Origin: Octopus sinensis
Lineage: Eukaryota
Reading direction: 5' to 3'
Assembly: GCF_006345805.1 (NCBI RefSeq)
Contig: NC_043025.1
Location: 5,022,001 to 5,086,000 of the forward strand
DNA: 64,000 nt
Of the stretch, positions 46,166 through 58,326 are shown piece by piece (position 1 is the first letter of the stretch; each line of letters starts with the position of its first letter). The notes under the pieces were generated by a model. The model was not told the DNA's origin, searched no databases, and saw only the letters and a list, made by a program, of their open reading frames with translations. The translations under genes were made by a program, and so were the position numbers.

Positions 46166-47554
46166 CTTTGGTAACCGGCGGCTCCTTGGTCGTCCTGTCC
46201 CTGCGTTTGCGGACAATCTGCGGCAAACAGGATGTCTCTATATGCGGGATTGTTGGGGACCGCTTGTGAAATCCACATATTCCCACGAAACTTCTTCCAT
46301 GGTAGAAGAAGCCGACTCAACCCGCCCAGGGTGAATGTCAGTACAAGTAAGTAAGTAAGTAAAGGTATTTCTTACTCATTTAAAATTTCTTTATTCATTT
46401 GAGGAAATGTTTTTAAATGAGTTAAGAAATAGCTTTACCCTTTCTTATCGGTTGAAGCAATTATTGCTCTGAGTGGAGTAATTCCTTTTTTGTCTTGCAG
46501 CAAAATTTCCTATGCAGCATTGAGGCAAACTTTCCAGGAATTGATGCTCATACTTAACCAGTATTTTATTTCATCGACAAAACCTTAACCATTACTGTAA
46601 ACCTCAATGACAATAAATCAAAGTGACAGTAGCAGGACGTGGGTTTAGTTATCGACAGGGGACCTAACAGGTCAGATTCCTGGCTTTGAACCATCAGGAT
46701 GCCATGCAGAGGATCTTGTTTACAAGACAATAGATGAGACCCTAATATTCCTAGTTAGATGGAAACTGAGGGACCACATGGAGCAGTGCTCTGTGACTCC
46801 TATAGTATGCACAACTGAAACCCCTAAAAATGGGGATCCTATGAGACAATCTACACAGTTAGATAGATTATCAATATATGGTTACCCAACCCCTTTCAGT
46901 GGCAGGCCTATAAAACTACAGTTTAACACTTCTACTGGGATCTTGGTTGTCCTTATCAGACTTCTCTCCCTTTAGGCTGTCTATCAGTCATGTTAATCCT
47001 ATAAGTCAGCATCTGTGACCTTTGCTGGTCACTGATGCTGACAATCCCTCCCCAACCGTTACTAATTATCAGAACGTCCACTTTAATATAAATCATGTAA
47101 TTAATAAGTTGACCAATCGGAGACCCCTAGACAATTCCCTTGGTGGTCACACAAACGTCCATATTTACATTAGACATATATGCATATACATACACACACA
47201 TATACACACATACACATGTATACATAAAAATAGCCTTCCCATGAGACCTAGTCCCAACTGGAAGGCATCCAAAGGAGATCCTATGAGGTTGATCACCTCA
47301 CTGGAAACAGCAACCAACTGCCCTCAAATCACATGACCATCTTCAAAAAAAAAAAAGGACACATTACAAGTGTCACATGACGCAGAGGTGGGGGAGGAGG
47401 GAGTCTGCATGAATTGAAATGGGACGACAAATTAATTTAATTTAATAAAACCAAAATAGTTTAAAACTTTTTTTTTTTAACCCTTTAGTATTTAAACTGG
47501 CCATATCCTGCCTATCACACCCAACCTAAAATGCCTTCCTAAAAAATATACAAT

Positions 47555-47945
47555 CAGGCGCAGAAGTGGCTGTGTGGTAAGTAGCTTGCTTACCAACCAC
47601 ATGGTTCCAGGTTCAGTCCCACTGCATGGCACCTTGGGCAAGTGTCTTCTACTATAGCCTCGGGCCGACCAAAGCCTTGTGAGTGGATTTGGTAGACGGA
47701 AACTGAAAGAAGCCCGTCGTATATATGTATATATATATGCGTGTGTGTGTTTGTGTTTGTCCCCCTAGCATTGCTTGACAACCGATGCTGGTGTGTTTAT
47801 GTCCCTGTTACTTAGCGGTTCGGCAAAAGAGACCGATAGAATAAGTACTGGGCTAACAAAAGAATAAGTGCCGGGGTTGAGTTGCTCGATTAAAGACGGT
47901 GCTCCAGCATGGCCACAGTCAAATGACTGAAACAAATAAAAGAGA
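47555..47945 (+). mobile_element. Family C CORE-like SINE
   Basis: Full match to family C. Confidence 0.9.
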
Positions 47946-48218
47946 GATATATATATAACAGAGGTGAGTACCAAAATCCTTCGAAAGGTCTTCGTATATT
48001 CTTGTTGGTCGTAATTATTCATACCAGTATGTAATTCCTGACGAAGAATCTAATTTTCATTTCATGAAGAGTTTTTCGTTGTTGTCTTTGGAAATTAATT
48101 AAACTCCAAAACAATTTGTACAATGTATTTTGGTTCTGTACCAAATTGGATCATTAATTAAAGATCGTCTACACATACAATTTTTCCTTTCCTTATACTT
48201 CATATATATATATATATA

Positions 48219-48644
48219 TCTATATAAACGGCATTTTGTCTGTCTGTGTGTCTGTCAGGTTGTACCCTCACCCTGACCACGGCTTTCAACCGATTCTGAT
48301 GAAACTTGACACACATATAGCCCAATGTCATAATTCAAAACTGACGCAGCGAAAATTTTGAAAAGTTCCCCCAGTTCTGGAAAAAATCGATAAATTCGAC
48401 ATGGGGTCGAGAATCTAAGCTTTTTATATGCAACACATTTTCTGTCTAGGGGACACAACTTGACCTTTTTATCGCCCAAAGGGACAGCTAGGAACATCGT
48501 ATACACAGAAGTATTCGAGTGAAGAGAAGACGTTGCAACCTACACATGCGCCTTCGTTCCCTAGAGGGAAAGGACTAGATTGGGATTAGTCGTTGCCTAC
48601 TAGGGGCTCTTACATACCTGGGCAATGCCGGGCTATGCTGCTAG
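48219..48644 (+). mobile_element. Non-autonomous Helitron (second family)
   Basis: A|TCTATATAAACGG...TGTCTGTCTG start; CCTGGGCAATGCCGGG hairpin and CTAG|T end. Confidence 0.8.
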
Positions 48645-48674
48645 TATATATATATATATATATATATATACGTA

Positions 48675-49030
48675 TCTATTATATAAAATCCGTTCTGTCT
48701 GTCTGTGCGTGTGTCTTCTGGGATCTCGGGCATCCTCCATCTGACTGTGCTCAAATTTGATATGTAGGTACCGACGGTATCAGGGCATGTATAACTCATG
48801 AAAAAAAATTACAGAAATCGTTTCCAGTTGAGGATGCGATCGATAAAGTGAATAAAATCGTTTTTCTTTGGAATAGAAAAAAAGTCTATCTTTATTTCTT
48901 CATTTGCTGGTGGCTCAAATTTAGGTTAAATCAGTGTTTCTCAAAGGGGAGGCCTATGGGACGGTTGGACAAGTTGTTTTGAGAAAATTTGGTTTAAATG
49001 TTTGACAACTCAGCACCGTCCATTGGTCGG
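48675..49030 (+). mobile_element. Helitron-like 5' fragment
   Basis: A|TCTATTATATAAAATCCGTTCTGTCTGTCTG start; no CTAG end found. Confidence 0.55.
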
Positions 49031-49041
49031 AGGGTGTTTTG

Positions 49042-49276
49042 ATCAAGGCGGTGAGCTGGCAGAAACGTTAGCACGCCGGGTGAAACGCTTTGCGGTATTT
49101 CGTCCGCCGCTGCGTTCTGAGTTCAAATTCCGCCGAGGTTGACTTTACCTTTCATCCTTTCGGGGTCAATAAATTTAGTACCAGTTACGCACTGGGGTCG
49201 ATAAATCGACTTAAACCGTTTGTCTGTCATTGTTTGTCCTCTCTCTGTTTAGCCCCTTGTGGGTAGTAAAGAAATA
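49042..49276 (+). mobile_element. Intact family A tRNA SINE with 13-bp TSD
   Basis: A box GGCGGTGAGCTGGCAGAA, B box GAGTTCAAATTCC; TSD GGAGGGTGTTTTG at 49029-49041 and 49277-49289. Confidence 0.9.
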
Positions 49277-49856
49277 GGAGGGTGTTTTGCTCGTATATAT
49301 ATATATATATATGATAAACTGTTTTCATAGTTTCTATTTATCAAATTTAGTCACAAGGCATTGGTCCACTCGGCCCTATAATAGAAAACTTGCCTAAGAT
49401 ACTGTACGGTGGGGCTGGACTCAAAACTACATGATCGTGAAGTGAGCTTCTTAACCATACAACCATGTCAATCCCTATTGGAAGTATAATGTAAATAGAA
49501 GGGACCAGTCAGAAAAAGTGGGGTCCGAAATGAAAGAGAGAAATTTTCAGGAAAGAGATTGTTTGGGGGTGGGGGTGTAAAAAAAAGATTAAAGAAGTTT
49601 TTTTTTTTTTTAAAGAAGTAGGATTAAGAGAGTAAACCAGCACTAAAACCCAGCATTGTTAATAGGAAAAAAAAAAAAAAAAAGAAAATGGAAAAAAAAA
49701 AACACCGAACTCCACCAAAACAGCAAAATTTTGTTACGTGTGAAGAGCAACTGCAAAGAAGAGGAGGGTAAGGAGCAGGAAGAGGAGGGTAAAGGTGGGA
49801 GATTAGATGGTTGAGGGAGGAGGAGGAGGAAAGTGGAGGCACGCACTCAAACCTAC

Positions 49857-50288
49857 CTTTCAGCTCATTTTGGTAACATTTAAGACGGTCAGTATTGTGC
49901 GGGTCGACTAGCCAGATATGCATTTTGATAAAGGGCTCCCGGCCCTTGATACTTAGCATGTGCCATGGTTTGGGTTTGGATAACAACTCGCTCACCGAGC
50001 CCTGCGACAGGCCGAGTACAGCTTCCCCAAACAGCCGTTGGCCCAGATTGTGAAACTGCAACACCTCTTTCACTTTGCTCGTGACCTCGAGCGTGTCAAT
50101 TTCGGAGGTCATCGCTGCTATTTCGAACATCGATGAGGGGTAGCCGCCGGTTGCGGGACTCGCACTGCGGCTACTACCTGTCGTTCCACTGCCAGCCCAC
50201 GACGCCTCGTTGCTGGCTTTCGCCGGCACAGGAGGCGACTGAAGTTGCCGCCCGGCAGAGGCACACAGGTGGGTGTCGCTTAGACATT
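49857..50288 (-). CDS. cut: Cut/CUX exon encoding the last CUT repeat (CR3-like)
   Basis: TTTTCAG acceptor (50289), GTAGGT donor (49856); 432 nt, phase 1-1; [65 protein letters not shown]. Confidence 0.97.
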
Positions 50289-51589
50289 CTGAAAAATGAG
50301 GGATATTCGTTAGTGCATCAGGATCCTCACACTCTCTCTGTATGGATGTGCATGTGTGTGTATGTGTGTGTGTGTATGTATGTGTGTATGTATGTGTGTA
50401 TGTGTATGTGTGTATATGTGTGTGTATGTATGTGTGTATGTGTGTGTGTATGTGTGTATGTATGTGTGTGTGTATGTATGTATGTGTATATGTGTGTATG
50501 TATGTGTGTGTATGCGTGTGTGTATGGATGTGCATGCATGTGTGTGTGTGTTTGTATGTGTGTGTATGTGTGTGTTTGTATATGTGTGTATGTATGTGTG
50601 TGTGTGCATGTGTATGTATGTGTGTGTTCTGGTTGTTAAGTCTATTTACAGCTGTGCGTATATGTGGGTATTCATGGATGTATGTCTGTGCATGTGTGAG
50701 CGCATATGCAAATGTATGTTCCTGCACTGTATTTTTAAAATGTGTTTGTGGCATATTTCAAATTTGAAAGGCAAAAGAGAGTTTTCTTGTTTTTCCATGG
50801 TAACTACAAAGAATTCACTTTTAGAAGTTGAAATATGGCAAAAACATATTTTAACTAACCTAAAGTTTGCATACATATATGTGTGTGTGTGTGTATATAT
50901 TTAAATCATAAAAAGTAAGGAGCTATCAGAGGTGAATATATTTAACCATTTGTTATCCTTGGGAGTACAGCTGTTTCACAGCCTTAAATTATTTTACATG
51001 CCTGTACCAACATGCACAACAAATTTATTTTCATATGTATGTATTATATGAGTGTGTGTGTGTATATATATATATATATGTATATATTATATGAATGCAT
51101 GTAAGTATGTATATATGTATGTAAATCTATCTATCTATCTAAATATATATATATGTATATATTTATTTATATATATATAAATATATATATGCATGTTAGA
51201 TAGCCGATATCGAAGGGAATATTACCTAACACTTTATACAAGTGAATCTTAGATGGCTTACGTAATATATATATATATATGTATGTATGTATTATATGAA
51301 TGTGTATATATATGTATATATATATATACACATGTTTGTATGTGTGTTATCTAGTTGAAGACGTGTGTGTGTGTGTGTACGTGTCTGCAGGGGTTTTGAA
51401 GAGGGCAATGTTGGTGCCAATGTTTTGAAGAGGGCAATGTTGGTGCCAATGTTTTTCGTTGTGTTTTGTTCTTGGAAGCTTGGTATACCATGTGTGTGTG
51501 TGTATATGTATATTTATGTGTATATATATATATATACAATATATATATATATACAAATATATATATATATATAGTATATATATATATAT

Positions 51590-51637
<48 letters not shown>

Positions 51638-51683
51638 GTGTGCATGCATACATATGTGTGTATACCACACACATATTTGTATT

Positions 51684-51715
<32 letters not shown>

Positions 51716-51966
51716 GAGAGAGAGTGAGTGAGTGAGTGAGAGAATGAATGAATAGATGTATTACATATAGAAGAAAAAGTAAAATATAAAATGTCCTTTT
51801 TTTCTGTGATACAAATCTAATTCCTCACACCAAAAATTCAATGTAAAATATGAAAGAGGATTTGAAAAGACAGGGATGTTCTTTACATGTTTACACTATA
51901 CATGATGATGATTTGTACGATGGAAAACATGGGGTGAATATTATGAGTGTGTGTGTGTGTGTGTAC

Positions 51967-52016
<50 letters not shown>

Positions 52017-52382
52017 GCATGTAGGGGTGCTGAAAAGTTCCTGGCTTTAAGGGTATTGCGATAGGCCAGCCCACAAGGGGCTAAACACAGAAGGGACAAA
52101 CAAGGTCAGACAAAGGGATTAAGTCGATTACATCGACTCCAGTGCATGACTGATACTTATTTAATCGACCCCGAAAGGATGAAAGGCAAAGTTAACCTCG
52201 GTGGAATTTTAACTCAGAACGTAGCGCCAGACGAAATACCGCTAAGCATTTCACCCGGCGTGCTAACGCTTCTGCCAGTGAGGGGAATATGTTGAATAAA
52301 ATCATAATTAACTGATCCTTCTGTTACCCCAAACCAGAAACCTTTCAACATCCTTTAATGTGTGTGTATGTGTGTGTATGTG

Positions 52383-52446
<64 letters not shown>

Positions 52447-52456
52447 TACACACACA

Positions 52457-53190
52457 CAGGGTGTGATGGGTAAATTGCCACCATTTCATATTTTTAATTT
52501 CAAACATGTGCATTGTTCGTTTTTGATTTTGTTGACTACACAGTATAGTAGGGTCAGTTGGGCACTGCCTGTGAGATAAGAAAACAGCACCTTGATGCAA
52601 TTCACTCTGCCAGAAATTTGGTGACGACATTCTGTACTACTTGGTGTTCACACCAGAAGCTCCAATACAAACATTTTAGAGTGTTTGGAGCAATCACTAG
52701 TGATGGCGACATGATGCCTCCATGGGTCAAGAGGGTGGCTGCTCGAAGACCCTGTGTCTGGCAACAGGACTCTGCACCATGCCACACAAGCAGGAGAACC
52801 CAGTCATTGCTGTCAGACAATTTCTGTGACCACATCACCCCTAACATCTGGCCACCTAACTCAACAGATTGCAACCCCCTTCATTATAATGTGTGGGGCG
52901 CAGTTGAGCGAGAGACCAACAAAACTCCTTGTAACACCAAATACTAACTGAAGGCAAGGATTATGGCAGCACTCACCAACTTAAACAAGATCATCCAGCA
53001 GAACTGCAGGAGATTCCAAAGTCATCTGGAGGCTGTGCTTGAAGCCAATGGCGATTTTATTGAATAAATTTACTCTTTAGTATTTCAAGATATTTTAACG
53101 TAATTTTGGTAAATACATCTGTTAAAATGAAATGTCAGGGTTATTTTCACTTTTGCATAATTTAGATGACAATTTATTCACCACATCTTG
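52457..53190 (+). mobile_element. Internally deleted Tc1/mariner DNA transposon
   Basis: Degenerate 26-bp TIRs (CAGGGTGTGATGGGTAAATTGCCACC / GATGACAATTTATTCACCACATCTTG) with TA at the right; WQQDSAPCHTS...WPPNSTDCNPLHYNVWG...LEAVLEANGDFIE* transposase C-terminus with stops. Confidence 0.88.
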
Positions 53191-53194
53191 TATA

Positions 53195-53264
53195 CACACA
53201 TGCATGCATGCATGTATGTATGTATGTATGTATGTATGTATGTATGTATGTATGTATGTGTATG

Positions 53265-53301
<37 letters not shown>

Positions 53302-53700
53302 TGTATGTATGTATGTATGTATGTATGTAGGTATGTATGTATGTATGTATTATGTATGTATGTATGTATGTATGTATGTGTGCATGTATGTATGTGTGCA
53401 TGTATGTATGTGTGCATGTATGTATGTATGTATGTATGTATGGATGGATGTGTGCATGTATGTATGTATGTATGTATGTATGTATGAATGTATGTATGAA
53501 TGTATGTGTGCATGTATGTATGTGTGCATGTATGTATGTATGTGTGTATGTATGTATGTATGTATGCATGCATGCATGCATGTATGTATGCATGCATGTA
53601 TGTATGTATGTATGTATGTGTGCATGTATGTATGTGTGCATGTATGTATGTATGTGTTTTATTATGCATGAACGTGTGTGCATACATATAAATGTATGCA
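53195..53700. repeat. (TATG)n-type compound microsatellite
   Basis: About 500 bp of TATG/TGCA units. Confidence 0.95.
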
Positions 53701-53802
53701 GGTGAATACATACACACAGAGTAGCTGTATAAGAAATACAAAGAGAAAAATAAGAATTAGTCAAATTAAACTCTGTAGGTTCAAATCCCAGCCTGGTAGA
53801 AA

Positions 53803-53834
<32 letters not shown>

Positions 53835-53904
53835 AAATGGCTTTCTGAGTTTAAAACAAAAGTAGAAGGCTCTATATTCAAGAGATGAGGAATTATGTAC
53901 ACTG

Positions 53905-54064
53905 TTTACATTTGACGGATATTTGTCCTCATCTTGTTTGTTGTCAATACGTTTCGGCTGGTTCGAAATTTCCCCAAGACACCTGATGGAGGCTGGAGGG
54001 TATATCAGCTGAAACGCTGTGTTAAAAACAAACAAGATGGGGACAAATGTCTGTCAAATGTAAA
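53905..54064. repeat. Inverted repeat with a degenerate hammerhead-like motif
   Basis: TTTACATTTGACGGATATTTGTCCTCATCTTGTTTG.. / ..CAAACAAGATGGGGACAAATGTCTGTCAAATGTAAA; GACAC CTGATGG AGGCTG..CAGCT GAAAC GCT GTGTT at 53978-54023. Confidence 0.7.
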
Positions 54065-54459
54065 TAATGTAAAAAGTAGAAGGGTTCAATCTGAAACTAG
54101 GCAACAAGAAATTAAGGGGCTGGGGGAGTGAGGAGAAGTATTAATTAAAAGCCAATCAGTTTTAATGATTTTGTATCCTTTAATTATGCACCACCGTCTC
54201 CATGGAGGGCCAAAATTGGAGTGGTAGCCCCAGGCAGCTAAAGTGCCATAATAAACTGGAAGGTGGACATTGGCTAAGAGTGAAGGGATAGGGGTGGGGC
54301 GAATTAAGAGGGACCCAAATCATGGTTTTGGATGAGGATGTCAATCCTCCCTGGACTCACCCTGCCAAAAAATCTTGGACTGAATATTGAAGCAACATCA
54401 CAAAGAGGATGAGAATATACCACTTTGGTGCAGGGAGGTTAGCATACCCACTAATCAGT

Positions 54460-55015
54460 GTGGGTATAGGCTGATCACAACCATTGTAGGGGGCACAGGT
54501 TGGTTATTACCACTGTCTAATGTAGGGGGATATAGGTTGGTTACTACCACTGTAGTGTAGGGGGTACAGGTTGGTCACAACCACTGTACAGTGTAGGGAG
54601 TACAGCTTGGTTGCAACCAGTGTAGAGTGTAGGGGGTACAGCTTGGTTATAACCACTGTACAGTGTAGGGGGTACAACTTGGTTACAACCACTGTATAGT
54701 GTAGGGGGTACAGCTTGGTTACAACCACTGTATAGTGTAGGGGGTACAGCTTGGTTACAACCACTGTATAGTGTAGGGGGTACAGCTTGGTTACAACCAC
54801 TGTATAGTGTAGGGGGTACAGCTTGGTTACAACCACTGTACAGTGTAGGGGGTACAGCTTGGTTACAACCACTGTACAGTGTAGGGGGTACAGCTTGGTT
54901 ACAACCACTGTATAGTGTAGGGGGTACAGCTTGGTTACAACCACTGTATAGTGTAGGGGGTACAGCTTGGTTACAACCACTGTTCAGTGTAGGAGGTGTA
55001 GGTTGGTCACAACGA
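54460..55015. repeat. 36-bp minisatellite, about 14-15 copies, internally palindromic
   Basis: Unit (C/T)AGTGTAGGGGGTACAGCTTGGTTACAACCACTGTA. Confidence 0.95.
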
Positions 55016-55569
55016 CTTTGCTGTGATAGATATTTTGTATATTAATATTTGTAGAATATTTAAACAAAAAAAAAAAGTATAAAATTGACTGAAAAAAAAA
55101 ATACCAAAGGTAAAAAAAATAAAAAATAAATAAATTGATAAAAATTTTTTGAAAATAAATTGATGATGAGAGAAAAATAGGATAATTGTGGATTTGTGGA
55201 AAAACGTTGATATTTATTCATGTTGAGGGACTGAGCAGGGATTGAACCTGAAACAGAACGATGTAGAACAGAAAATGGTTTGTAAAACGAAAGAGAGATA
55301 CCCGGGATGTACACAGGGTGTGTGTAAAATGGTCGGGGGGTGAGAGAAGGTGTTGTGGGTAAAATGTTGGTTTTGCAACAAGCGGGGGGTGGCCCCGAGT
55401 TTGGTTTTGCTGCACAGCACCTTGGGCAAGTGTCTTCTGCCATAGCCTGAGTGTGATTGACGTGGAAACTGTGAGGAAGCCTATTATATATACCTATATA
55501 TCCACCCATACCAACTCTCACACACACACACATATATATATATATATAAATATGTAAGTATATGTGTGC

Positions 55570-55614
<45 letters not shown>

Positions 55615-55908
55615 ATAAAAACTTCTAAAATAATAATAAAAACATATATACCAAATATATGTTTTTATTATTATTTTGCAATTTACTTAATCATCGGTAT
55701 ATTATTGTTATTTTACTTTTAATATTTCTATTATATGTAATTTTCTAGATGGTGTAATTTAATTGTTCATTGCAAATTGATAAAAGGTGGGGTTTTTTCT
55801 AATTTATATATATATATTATATTTTGTGAAATTTGATTTAGTATTTCTGAATTGAATTTTTCCCTGTAAGTTAGGAATAATATTCCCTCGAACAATTATC
55901 ATTTATAT

Positions 55909-56288
55909 GTGGCTGTGTGGTAAGTAGCTTGCTTACCAACCACATGGTTCCGGGTTCAGTCCCACTGCGTGGCACCTTGGGCAAGTGTCTTCCACTATAG
56001 CCTCGGGTCGACCAAAGCCTTGTGAGTGGATTTGGTAGACGGAAACTGAAAGAAGCCCGCCATATATATGTATATATATATATATGTGTCTGTGTTTGTC
56101 TCCCGCAACATCGCTTGACAACCAATGCTGGTGTGTTTATGTCCCCGTCACTTAGTGGTTCGGCAAAAGAGACCGATAGAATAAGTACTGGGCTTACAAA
56201 GAATAAGTCCCGGGGTCGATTTGCTCGACTAAAGGCGGTGCTCCAGCATGGCCGCAGTCAACTGACTGAAACAAGTAAAAGAGTAAAA
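55909..56288 (+). mobile_element. Family C CORE-like SINE
   Basis: Full match to family C. Confidence 0.9.
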
Positions 56289-56291
56289 CAG

Positions 56292-56323
<32 letters not shown>

Positions 56324-57559
56324 TATGATATATGTAAACAAAGTTTGCTTATTTAGAAGCATTGAGATGTATTTAAATATACAAATATGGAAATATTTTA
56401 CTCTCAAATGCAGAATAATAATGGTGAATAGCAGAAATATGAAAGAGCATCCTTATATTGCAGAAAAATCTGTTAGTGGCCAACCATGAGACTGGGCGCT
56501 AGCAATTTTTTTTTTTTGCAATATCAGGATGTTCTAAGCCTATTTCTGCTATTCAGAATTATTATTCTACATTTGAGAATAAAATATTTCCATATCTGTA
56601 TGTATGTATATATATATATTATATTATATATATATAAATACGCCAGCTAAACTTGTACTGTTTATTAGTCGTAAGACACCCGGGGTTTTTACCATTATTG
56701 TTTTTTGTATTTATATTCGTGTGGCATCGTCCGTTTTTCTGTCCCTGTTTCGTATACATTCGATCCTTTTTCTAAGAAATCTAATGCTCGTAGCTTAGTT
56801 TTTCCTTGGGGCTGGCCGGATCAGATCGATCTCAAGATTAATCAGCCGAAATTGCTAGGATGATCCGGTTCTTGACTGAAGATTGAAGGCTTGGAATATC
56901 CCGTCCGTGTTTTTTGTATCGTCTTCTAAATGTTTTACGTTCTTGTCCCAGTTTGTATTTTTCTACATATAATATATATATATATATTATTAATGGTTAG
57001 GGAATATAATAATTCCAAGCTAACAGGGAAAAAAATTTCAATTCAGCACACTAAATCAAAATTCACAATATATTATACTCATATATATATATATATATAT
57101 AGAATTTAGAGCCAAACCACTATTTAATTATTCCATCAATAGTGTTTGATTTGTTATGAGATTTTTAGAATAATAATTAGAAGATATTTTATTAATTTCT
57201 ATGTGGTTATTATAGATAATATCTTTTCACTATTGATGGAATAACTAGACAGCAGTTAGTCTCTAAATTCTAATTTATATATATATAGACATACATTTAT
57301 ATATACATACACACGCACCCGCATGCATACTATATACATCTTCATCTTTTAATTTTTAATTGCTTCTGCCCTATGGACTGTGGCCAAGCTAGAGCACCAC
57401 CATGAAGAATTTTTAGTCGAATGTATCAACCCCACTGTTTTGTTTTTTTAGTTTCTTCTGCGAAACTTCTAAATTATGAGGGACATAAACAAACCAATAC
57501 CAATGGTCAAGAGGTAAAGGGACAGGAATGATAGTCACACACACACAAGTGCCACAGGC

Positions 57560-58040
57560 TTCTGTGCAGTTTCCGTGTACCAAATTCGCTGACGGCACAT
57601 TGGTCAGCTTGAGGTTACAGTAGAAGACACTTACCCAAAGTGCCATGCAGTGGGACTGAACCCAAAACCCTGTGGTTGCAAAGTGAGCTACTTAACCACA
57701 CAACCATGCCTGCATCTATGTTCTTGCACTCTTTTACTTGTTTCAGGCATTTTGCTGTGGCCATGCTGGAGCACCGCCTCAAAGGGTTTTCAGTTGAAGA
57801 AGTCAAACCCAGGACTTATTCTTTGTAAGTCTTGTACTTATTCTATCAGTCTCCTTTGCCGAACTGCTACGTTACAGGGACGTAAATGCACCAGCATTGG
57901 TTGGGGGGGACAAACACAGACACACAAATATATATATATACACATATATACGATGGGCTTCTTTCAGTTTCCATCAACCAAATTCACTGACTAAGTTTTG
58001 GTTGGCCTGAGGCTATAGTAGAGGACACTTGCCCAAGGTG
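57560..58040. mobile_element. Cluster of family C SINE pieces, minus-strand near-full copy at 57729-58040
   Basis: CTTTTACTTGTTTCAGG...GCCATGCTGGAGCACCGCC...GGGCTTCTTTCAGTTTCC...ACACTTGCCCAAGGTG; older degenerate copy immediately before it. Confidence 0.8.
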
Positions 58041-58326
58041 GTGTATATAATTCACTGATATATATAACAGCAGAAGATTAAAACAATGTGGTGAGAAAAC
58101 AGGAAAACCTGGGGTTTTAAGAAGAAGAAAAATAAGGAAAGAAAAACAATCCCTGTGTGATATTTGTTCTGCCCAATTAGGCAATCCCTTGCCACTCTCA
58201 ACAATGTAGTGAAGCTATGAACTGAGATATGACAAAGTTGTTGTTCACCAAATATGATGTAAAATAAAAATTAATAATAAAGTAACGAGGAAGGTTAACG
58301 ATGGGGGTAAAATTAAGGAGACTCAC

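Larger units (their letters stand above)
22854..49856 (-). other. 27,003-bp intron of cut (CUT exon to homeobox exon)
   Basis: GTAGGT donor at 49856, CAG acceptor at 22854, phase 1 on both sides; no additional exon recognised but small ones cannot be excluded. Confidence 0.8.

Noticed and set aside
50289-50754. N-terminal extension of ORF 49624..50754 and its tail below 49857
   Set aside because: Lies outside the splice sites and is mostly (CA)n/(CATA)n repeat or poly-A; intronic.
52022-52060. Second mariner (GGGGTGCTGAAAAGTTCCTGGCTTT, TIR-like)
   Set aside because: Isolated end with no matching TIR or ORF; too short to call as an element.
54507-54980. 157-aa repetitive ORF as an extra cut exon
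   Set aside because: Arises from a 36-bp (multiple of 3) tandem repeat; no convincing splice signals or Cut homology.
23060-55015. CRISPR interpretation of the 108-, 139-, 172- and 36-bp arrays
   Set aside because: Units are contiguous with no unique spacers, there are no cas genes, and the context is eukaryotic.
56640-57090. Penelope pLTR fragment, with inverted homology to 55810-55890
   Set aside because: The inverted homology is visible, but no ORF or hammerhead core could be shown, so the class assignment is unsupported.
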